A stretch of DNA of 64,000 bases from the NCBI GenBank assembly GCA_013265495.1, contig MU058059.1:3263502-3327501 (forward strand). Reading direction: 5' to 3'. Made by a program: the position numbers and the translations under genes. Of the stretch, positions 54,960 through 64,000 are shown one piece after another. The notes below the pieces were generated by a model. It was not told the origin of the DNA. It was given only the letters and a program-made list of their open reading frames with translations, and searched no databases. Source of the stretch: Vicugna vicugna (lineage: Eukaryota). Every line of letters starts with the position of its first letter. The first letter of the stretch is position 1.

Positions 54960-56350
54960 GAGTGCTGGCCTCACATGCTCGGGCAGCCCTCTCCAGCCAC
55001 TAGTCCGGGCGTGCGTCCGTCGGTCCTCTCCCCGGCCCGTGACCGTCTGCGCCAGCCCCACGGCGCCCCCTCCCTTTCCCGCCGCTGGGCGTAGGGCCGG
55101 GCGCCCACCGAGCGCGCAGCGTTTAGTGACCAGCGGGACGGGGGTTTTCCCTTGGAGAGCTTCGTTCAGCGGGTCTGAGGCAGGTCCCAGAAGCCTGCGT
55201 TTTCATTAAATCCTGCCTCCGACGTCCAAGGACGGGGTTCAGCTGTCAGCTGCTGTCAGCTGCTGTCAGCTGCGCTGGGTAAGGGCTGGGCTCCCCGAGC
55301 ACTCGGTGCCTCCGTTTTGCAGCCCCATAACCGGGCCAAGAACACCTCCCTCCCGGGGTTGCAGTCAGGAGCCGGGGAGCTCGTGCGCGTCACGGTCCCG
55401 GCTCCGGGACCAGCGCAGGATAAGGCCACAGAAGAGTGTGCGGGAGCCAGGGGCAGGCGGGAGAAGGCCTGGGAGACCCGGGCGCGGGAGACTGAGGAGA
55501 GAAAGCGCGCGCGGGGCCAGGAGGGGGAGGGGCCTTCGTGCGGGGNNNNNNNNNNNNNNNNNNNNNNNNNNNNNNNNNNNNNNNNNNNNNNNNNNNNNNN
55601 NNNNNNNNNNNNNNNNNNNNNNNNNGGGGGCGCGGGGGCGCGGGGGCGGCGGCGGCGGGCCTGTCTCTGTCTCTTTAAGGCCCAGGCTCACGGGCGCTGC
55701 GCTGAGGACGGCGCGGAGGCGCGGCCTGCCTCACTCTGCCGACGCGCGGGGAACGAGGGCCCGGCGGCCTGGCGGCGCCGCGGCGCACGGTGAGCGGAGG
55801 CGGGCGGGTGGGCGAGGCGCCGAACTCGGGGTCTGCAGGCCGCGGCCCGCGGCTCTCGGCCGGGGAGCGGGCCCGCGCGGCCCTGGCCGCCTCGGCGGAG
55901 GACGCAGTGGGGCGGCGGGCGCGAGCCCCGGAGCGCGGAGACCCGGCGGGCCTGGGAGGGTCGTTCTCAAGCTGCTGGGTCCCCGCCGCGTTTACCTGAG
56001 CGCTGGCTCCGGGAAGGTCGGGGGTGGGACGGGACGGCGGCCGGGCGCGGAAATCCCACGCGGGGGTCGCAGGGAGCAGGCTGGTCCGGGCGAGTCCGCT
56101 CTCAGGTGCCTCCTCGCGGCGGCCCCGGGAGCTCCGACGCGGGCCGCGCGGGGGTGGGGAGCGGGCGGGGTCACTAACGGGCCCCGGAGCGCGGCTCGCG
56201 GGCCTCGGCCAAGTCCGGGGCCCTCAGGATCGAGCCACACCCGGCGCGGAGCCCTTTCTGCTCTGCTTTACTGTGCTTCCTAGTAGTTAGAATAAAGGTT
56301 TACGGTCACCATAGAGGCCCCGTACGCGCGCCTTTTACCCGTCTTGCGTC
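54960..56350. promoter_or_regulatory. TWSG1: CpG island / TWSG1 promoter (contains an 80-N assembly gap at 55546-55625)
   Basis: Very high GC and CpG density, with GC-box-like and G-run motifs, immediately upstream of the TWSG1 coding exon. Confidence 0.9.
55690..55789 (+). other. TWSG1: TWSG1 non-coding exon 1 (5' start approximate)
   Basis: Donor GGCGCACG|gtgagc at 55789/55790 lies inside the CpG island. The sequence resembles the TWSG1 5' UTR as recalled, and a TA-rich ctttaa lies just upstream. Confidence 0.65.
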
Positions 56351-57225
56351 AGTGCGCTTTTATTTGATTCCATTTTGGGGGTGTGTTTTAAACCCCAAGA
56401 AGTCACAGCTTCTTTCAGAAAGCCTAGTGGCCATCCTGGTCGTTGGACACCGTCATAGCCTGTGCTGGTCGTTTTCTCCATTTTCTTTTTGGACCGTCGC
56501 ATCTCCTGAAACAACTTTGAGGAATAGAATTTAAAGAAGACCTTCACGTTTTAATAAATTAGAGTTCTAAATACAGTTAATAATTTAGTGTTCCTTTTGT
56601 TAGCTAAATTATTTACGGAACAGCTATGCACTCCTTCCCTTGAGCTCCTTCATTCTGGCTAATTATGGTAACAGACAAAATGAGGTAGTAATAAATAACC
56701 CCTAGTATAATTTGCATTTAAAAAATTTAATTGTAAGAATTAAAATGTTGTTAAATGTTTTTAAAATTATGGTAAAATATCAATAGTTTTTATACTGGCT
56801 TAAAGCTGAATAATGGGCCTGAAGCTAAAGTTGAACAGTAGCAGCGCAGTATTCAGACTAGGTATTTGCTCTGTATACTTTCAGGTTACTGACGGTTTGT
56901 GTATATATACATATACTTGCTTTAATTTTCACAGTCACCATTTCTGGATAGTCTGGGGAATTTCAGAATCCTGTCTTTGAAGATAGCTAACGAGATATTA
57001 TTGTATAAAACTGTAGCTTTTTTTTATTTTGGCGTGTTTAAGTAATCTTTAATTGAGAATAATCTTTAAAAGATCACTCAAGTCTTTTAACACAAATAAT
57101 GAGTCTTGGTTTATTTATTTGTTCTTTGTATTTATTACCCTAGCATGCTTGCCATTGAATTAAAGTTTTTTTTTTCTTTTTGTTTGTTTAGCTTCCTGGG
57201 AGTTACTGATTGTCTTTGAAGAAAC

Positions 57226-57348
57226 ATGAAGTCACACTGTGTTGTTATGCTTACTCTACCCCTCCTGGTGTTCCTGACCTGGGTCCCTGTGTCGCTGAGT
57301 TGTAATAAGGCACTCTGTGCCAGTGATGTGAGCAAATGCCTCATTCAG
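57226..57348 (+). CDS. TWSG1: TWSG1 first coding exon (signal peptide and start of the Cys-rich BMP-binding domain); the exon begins at 57192
   Basis: Acceptor tttgtttag|CTTCCTGGG, ATG at 57226, donor CAG|gtagga. It translates MKSHCVVMLTLPLLVFLTWVPVSLSCNKALCASDVSKCLIQ; CNKALCASDVSKCLIQ is the twisted gastrulation signature. Confidence 0.96.
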
Positions 57349-59519
57349 GTAGGACTGAGTCCTCCTTCACTCATATTAAAGTGTACTGTAGAGCAAGTAC
57401 GGAGCACGGACATGCAGATAGTGTCTGTATAACTCAGTGTGAAGCCCGAGTATTAGGTCAGGGCCTGAGGTACTGAACAGGGACCCACTGGTCTGGGTTT
57501 TTGCCTCTATAATTCTCTTGCATACAAGCGAGGTCAGACTCAAGAAGTTCTGTACCGAAAATAATATCCAGCTTTATAAACATACCATTATAAGGTGATG
57601 AGCACTCCTTTCAGATGAAATTAAAGCACTCCTTGTTTAATGTAGTTCACATAGCAAAGAGGCTCATGTGCTATATTTAGAAAAAAATTTTTAGCTAATC
57701 AAATCATAGACAAACTGCCCTAAATGTAATGTCCTAGTGGTCTGTTCTGTGTAACCAGTTTCCTCAGCAGCTTAATGCAGTAAACACTTAATTCCCGCGG
57801 TTTCCGAGGGTGAGCATCTGGGAGCAGCTGAGCCGGGTGGTTCTGGGTCATGGCTTCTCAAGGTTGCAGGCACTGAGAGTCTGCTTCCTCAGGATAGCTG
57901 GCAGTGATCTCTCTGTCGGTCGTCAAGGCCAGCCTACTGATGTAGCTACCACTCTCATTTCATTGAAGAGAAAAGTGACGTTAAGTAATTTGTCCAGGTT
58001 CGTATAGCTAGTAAGTGGCTATGGAATGTGGTCTGTGTTTGACTCCGAAGCCCATGGCTTTTCCAGCATGCAGACGGTTATTACTCTCCATAAAGTTGCG
58101 TTAATTAGTGGTGAACTTCACATCTCTTTTCCACCCTGTTAGACCGTCAGCAGGCGTATGTCTTTTGTGTCGGTGTTCATTAGCTTCCCTTCTAGCTCTT
58201 GGCTGCTGGCTAAGGAATTCAGTAACTAAACATTAGAATTCTTCATGGAGTGTGACTCAGCCACCTCTTGGCTGTAATCCTGACATGAAAGTCATTGTGT
58301 TGAGGTGATAATGATTTTTATAGATGAGAGGCATTTTATGTTATTAATAGTTAGAATTATAGAAAGCCTGGCCTTTGTGTAAGTGTGGACGCTGCCCTGT
58401 CATACTGTTTACCTTCACTTTGCCCAAATATTTGCTTCTCTGAATCCAAAACGTTTAACTAGTGGAGTTTGTTGGTTGGTTTTAATTTTTTTTCCTATAG
58501 ATACTTTTAAGCATGAAAAGAGAAGAGTGTAAGAAGAGCAGTTGCAGTCAGCAGTGCCAGCAGTTACTAACTCAGGGCTGCCCTGGTTTCATCTGTATCC
58601 CCTGCACTGTCCACCCCAGCTCTGTTTAGTTTCAAGCAAATCCCTGATACTTTGTTAATCATAATTCTAATGTCTGTCTCTTAAAGATAAAACATAGCTT
58701 TTAGCAGTTTTAAAATCAGCAATAATCCGTTAATGTCATCTGATTTGCTACATGGAAGCTTTGGTACCACAAAAGCACCCTTGCTTCAGCATGTGCTGTT
58801 GGGACTCTGTAGAATTCCCATGAAGTCCAGCTGTGCCCTGTGGTCGGAGGGGAACCTGGGCCACTTCCCATGTTGTTTCAATGTAGCTTCATTATTCATT
58901 TTTAGAAATACAGTGTCATAATAATTGCTGCATTCATGTTTAGGTAGAAATTCACTTATATCTCAAATTATTTTTTGACTCTCCAAGTCTATAATTTCCA
59001 TTATTTCAAATAATTAAAAATTGGATTTTATTTAAAATACCTTGCTTGGTAAGGAGATATTAAAAACAAAAATTTTGGTTACTATTGCTAAGGTTTTTGT
59101 TTTGCTTTTTAATGAAAAACTCTGTAATGCTTAAAAAAAATGCTTCAAAAGGAAGAGTAAAAACCTAAGTATAAAAACTGGAAAAAAAGGTGAAGCTTCA
59201 CCTGTTAAATGGTGGTTCTACTAAGCTCATTGGAAAGAGTTTGTTTTTTTTTACCATGAACTCACTGGTACTGCCATTTCAGACTTCAGCATCATCAAAT
59301 CTTTTTCTGGAATAGTAGAGACAGTGCTTCTGGTGCTTAGTGGCAGGGTATTTGAGGTTAAAAATATTGAGGCCTCGAGTATTGAGGATTTTTCTTGTTC
59401 ATTTATGGGTAAGTGCTTATTGGATGTTGCAGCAACTTGTGATTGGTTCTACCATTTGCCTAGTTTTGTGAACAGCAGCCGGTCATTTATTTCACACTCT
59501 GACCTTGGCTCTGCTTGTA

Positions 59520-60245
59520 TGCCTCTCACCGTGGCTGTGTGACAAACCACCTCGAAGGTCAGTGGCTGGAAACGACACCGCGCTTATTCTGAACGTGAAT
59601 ATGCATCCTGAGTGGCACTCGGGGACAGCGCACCTTCACCACACAGCATTACCGTTAGCAGCGTAGCCTGAAGGCTGGTGCCCAAAATTACCTGACGCAG
59701 CGCTGTCCGCTAGAACTTTCTGCAGTGATAGAAGTGGTCTACATCTGACCTGTCTGGTGCAGTAGTCTACTGAGCATTTGAGCTGTGGCTAGTAGGTCGA
59801 GAAACAGATTTTAAAATTCAGTGATTTTAATTCATTTAAACAGCTGCGTGTGACTAGTGGCTACTGTATTGAACAGTCACAAAGCTGAAGGCTCACTCAT
59901 CTAACATCTGGGCGGGGAAGATCCTTCATCTCTCGCCTCCCTCCTTCTCAGGGCTCTCTGTGCCTGACCTCTCAGCACGCTGGCTGAAGTCTAGCCAGAT
60001 TTCTTACCTGTTGGCTCAGGGGCTTGCAGGACCACATGCCTCATGAAACAGAGCTGGGGAAGCTGTTTTGCCTTTCATGGCCTCTCCCTCGAGGTTACAG
60101 TGCTGCTTCCACTGTAGTTGCAGGGCCGCCTGGATTTAGGTGGAGGGAACACCGACCGCACCCTGACGTAGGAGCGTGAGTGTCACACAGTGAGGGGAGC
60201 GTGGGGGTGATGGCGTGGCCGTCTTTGGAAATACAGCCTGCCACA
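59520..60245. mobile_element. MLT1-like MaLR LTR with nested MER3-like MITE (about 59698-59880)
   Basis: LTR-like gtggctgtgtgacaaaccacctcgaaggtcagtggctggaaac ... ggccgtctttggaaatacagcctgccaca. Inside it lies cagcgctgtccgctagaactttctgcagtgatagaa...gtggctactgtattgaacag. Confidence 0.7.
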
Positions 60246-61109
60246 GCTTCACTGTACAGTGACTTAGTCTGCTGGGGGATCTCCAGGTCTCCCTCTAATT
60301 CAAAGTAATTCTGAAGAAAGAAACCAGCTATTAGGTGTTAAGTATTTTTACAGTCACGGTAATAAAGCCCTCTTTTTAAAAAGTCAGATTGTTGGGATAA
60401 TCCCTTGGCTAATCCTTCCTCCTCATTTTGTTGCCCAGGGAGGAGCACTTTTAATCTAGTAACTGCTTCTGTTTTTGCTTCAGTTAGTGATTTTCAAGCC
60501 ATGTTGCTAAATAATACACTACTGCTTCTTCAATTATGACTTCTAGATATTATGTGTCTAAAACTGCCTCTCTGCTCTGTTAGATTAGGAAACTCGCTCA
60601 GCATCCTGTCCTCCCCTACCCCTGCCCTGTCATAATCCTTTCACGGTTTTGGTTTCTCTGTCAGTCATCTTCTCCATTTCTGCATTATAGTTAAGCCTTT
60701 CTGTTCTGTCCTATGAACTAGAAATACTATCTCTTGATTGCTGATATAAGAGGAGAATATTAGTAGCCCTACTCTTTCCCTTTAAAATTTTATTTGCTTT
60801 GTAATTTTTTAAGTAGTAAACAGAGTATAATTAAGTTTAAAGAAGAGCTGTGCGTTTCTTTCGGGATCTGGAAAAGGGAGGGCCCATTGAGACTCAGAAC
60901 AGTCTTGGAGATCATGTGCCTCTGCCACCGATGGCCATACTTCATGGCATGGAGAGCAGAGCAGTGAGTTTCCTTGTACTTGTGAATGCGCCCTCAGAAT
61001 TTCCCGCCTTCGGAATGCCTTCTGATGGGCTGTATCAGAGTCTGTGGGGATGGGCGTAACCTCTGCTTGTACGCCGTCGAGCTTGACAGCATGTGTGTTC
61101 TGAGTGGTG

Positions 61110-61325
61110 TCGCAGGGTGATGCTCAAGAGCGTGAACTTTGGAACCAGACTGTCTGAATTTGAGTCTACTTCTGCCGTGGACTTGACCTTGGACCGGTTA
61201 ATCTTTCAGTCCCTCAGTTTCCTTACGTATGAAACGAATAATAACCATGCCTGCTGTGTGTGGTTACCGTGAGGGTTAGGTATGAAGCACTTAGATCAGC
61301 TCCTAGCGCATGTGTGCTCTGTCAG
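61110..61325. mobile_element. MIR SINE
   Basis: aagagcgtgaactttggaaccagactgtctgaatttgagtc...gaccttggaccggttaatctttcagtccctcagtttcctt. Confidence 0.75.
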
Positions 61326-61649
61326 CAAGTAACACTAACCTAATTTCTCTGTTGTATAACCGTATTTGAATTTTCCATGTTTTACTTACAGGTATATTCT
61401 AAACCACATTTCTGTTGCAATGCTTATGTAAATATTGTTGACTGAATAGTGACATAGGGTACTATGATTACATTTCCTGTCTTGAACAACTTCGTTTTTC
61501 TTGAGTTTCTGATTGTCTTTCCTGATCTTGCAGCATCAGTCATTAGCACTTTATGTTGTCTTAAATTCTTAATCTGTTTTCCCCTCAGTAGAGCCTTCAG
61601 TCTTGTTTCCAGACCTAACTGACTACTCGCTGGGTCTGAAGCACGCTGT

Positions 61650-63000
61650 TACATAGGCATTTTCCCAGGGTGACTTTCTTCAGTTGGTTCCATTATTTCT
61701 TTGATTCCATATCTTGGTCTTTCTTAATTTACTCTCATTTTGTTGTAACATGCCCTGAAGTTTCTTCCCAAAAAGGCTGTGTTGGAAATAAACTCTCTGT
61801 ATCCTGCATATCTTAAAAATGTATTTATTCGCATCTTACACCTGATTTGGTGGTTTACCTGAGCACAGAATTCTATGTTAAATTCTTTTCACTGGCAACT
61901 TGGCAGACGTTTCACAAATGTCTTCGTGCTACTGGATTCCATGATGCTGGTGAGACGTCTCGTGCCTGTGCGTTTCTCGTTGTCTGTAGGTGATGTTGTT
62001 AGTTTCTTTCTTCTCTCTGGAAACTGTTGGTTTCATCTCCTTATCCTTGGTGTGGGTCTTTTTGTACAGGCATTGTGATGGGCACCTTGTGAATCTTTTG
62101 GGGCAAAAGGGGGTTTATTTTGAGCTCCAGAATGGAGTATTTCCTTGTATGATTATTTTTATATATAATATCCTCCTCTTTTTTCTGGAACTATAATTAG
62201 TAGCCATTCTTATATCATCTTTGGAGAACTGTCTATTCAGAACCAATGCCCATTTTTTAAGTTGGCTTATTTGTCTCTTTATTGTTGGGTTATGAGAGTT
62301 CTTTATATATTCTGGATACAAGACCCTTGTCAGGTACATGACACCCAAGTAATTTCTCGCATTTCATCGGTTGTCTTTTCAGTCTACACATATACTTCTT
62401 TTCTTAAATTTATTCATAGGTATTTTATTTTTGATGTTGTGATAAATGGAAGTGTTTTCTTAATTTTATTTTCAGACTGTCATTGCTTGTATGTAGTGCT
62501 GTAGATCTTAAATCTGTTTTCACCTTATTCTGAGAAAGTTCCTTGACTTTACCTTTGAACTCTTTCTACTGAATTTTCAAATTTTAGCAGTAGTTTTTAA
62601 GTTTCACCTCTCATTTTCTGCTGGTTAGTTTTTCATATTAACACTTTTACTTGGTTTTAAATCCACTATTTTCTGAGATGTCTCTGAGGATACTTACTGG
62701 AAGTTTTATTGATGGAGATGGAGGTGAGTCCCTCCCTCACCTCCTCATTCTGTTACCTGAATTTTTCTTCTGAGATTTTTTTCTTTTAATTTCTATCTCT
62801 TGCATGTGGGAGGCTTTCCTCAGATGTCTGGTACTCCTTGTTCGTCCATTATAGTTAAGAATGAGGCAGTAAAGCCGTGTTTGTGAGCGGGGCTGGCGGG
62901 ACTGATGCACAGACTGGAGGGTGTCACCTGGGGGGCAGGGAAGCCCTTGATGCTTTGAAATGTTCTCTGTTCTGAGGCTGATCATTTTCCTGAACAGAAG
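61650..63000 (-). mobile_element. Antisense L1/HAL1 relics
   Basis: T-rich. Minus-strand ORF 62115-62348 (YPEYIKNSHNPTIKRQISQLKKWA...RQFSKDDIRMA) is a degenerate L1 ORF2 piece. Confidence 0.6.
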
Positions 63001-64000
63001 GGTTTGGCTTGGTCGTTATGAATGGCTGGTTTTCTTGCTGTGGTTAAGGTGGGTGGTGGGTTGGTAGCTACCTCATTCTTGTCTTTGCAGCCTGGCGCTG
63101 GGGGGTCAGGGGGGCGACTGCTCTGTTAGAAACTTGCACTCGGATGCCCTCTTTTATTCCTGTTCTCTATAGGTGGAGAGCAGATTGACTGTTGGGTTTC
63201 ATGTGCCAGGAATTGTTAACTGGGGTCCTTGGACCTCTTAAAGGGGATCCCCAGAATTATATTCAAGTTTGCACATGTACAGTTTTGTGGGAGAGAAGTC
63301 CATACCTTTCAGGAGGGTCTCAAAGTGGTCGGTGCCCTTGAAACAGTGAAGAATTGCCAGGCTTTGCTTCCCATCACACATACTGAGTTCTCACAACTCT
63401 GCCTCCACATTCAGCAGAATCTACGGCACGCTGGCATCTTGGATGACAGTGATAGCTCTTCTCCTTAAACTTACAGGAGAGCATGCACAGAGGTGGAGGT
63501 GGGGGACGGGTGCCTGGAGGAGGCAGTGCTGGAAAGGTGTGAAGGGGCTGCCCTCTCAGACGGAGTTTGGGGTTCCTTCCTGCTCGGAACATCCATGGTG
63601 TAGAAACGATGTACTGTGAGGATAAGTTAGAACATGTTTACGTGGAGCCCTCGGCAACTCATGAAATAACTAAATTTAAAACATTTTCCCTGGAAGCTCA
63701 TGGTTGTGTAAATATTTTTTACCAGCGTGGTCGCAAGGCGGCACAGTCATCCCTGCTACTCAGACAAGTTGCTACGTGTGAGGGTGGTCCCTAGGTAAAT
63801 ATTTATTTTGTGCTTCTGACAGGAAAGAAACCTAGTTTTAAACATCAGGAAAGTAAAATTGTCACCCTGGTGTATTCCTTTGCTCATATAACGCGTGGTT
63901 TAGCTGTCCTGTTCCAGGGGAAAATGGGAATGCAGGACTTTGCTTTAAAGAAGACCTTCACTTGTTTTTTTCTTCTGCTTCTGTGAAAAGAACATTTAAA

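Noticed and set aside
55306..56290. Long Gly/Arg/Pro-rich ORFs in the CpG island
   Set aside because: These reflect stop-codon depletion in GC-rich DNA, and some cross an 80-N assembly gap. No recognisable protein is encoded.

Overview
This is mammalian genomic DNA, probably camelid, judging from a Vic-1-like tRNA-derived SINE. The + strand carries the last six coding exons and 3' UTR of ANKRD12: 3787-3934, a 4.7-kb exon at 24981-29689, 35664-35762, 39916-40059, 41714-41809 and 42426-42611 (stop). About 10 kb after the ANKRD12 3' end come the CpG-island promoter, non-coding exon 1 and first coding exon (57226-57348) of TWSG1. The rest is intronic or intergenic sequence with many L1/HAL1, L2, MIR, MaLR, Charlie and Tigger relics. 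The most striking unexplained signal is in the 21-kb ANKRD12 intron (3935-24980). Its non-repeat segments (about 8570-12570, 18050-19990 and 23100-23900) fold by eye into many nested stems rich in G-U pairs on the sense strand, with recurrent single A-C mismatches. The first segment surrounds a candidate stop-containing poison exon (9795-9930) whose donor is base-paired. This suggests a large structured-RNA splicing/NMD control element. All pairings were found by hand; no folding statistics, alignments or database searches were run.
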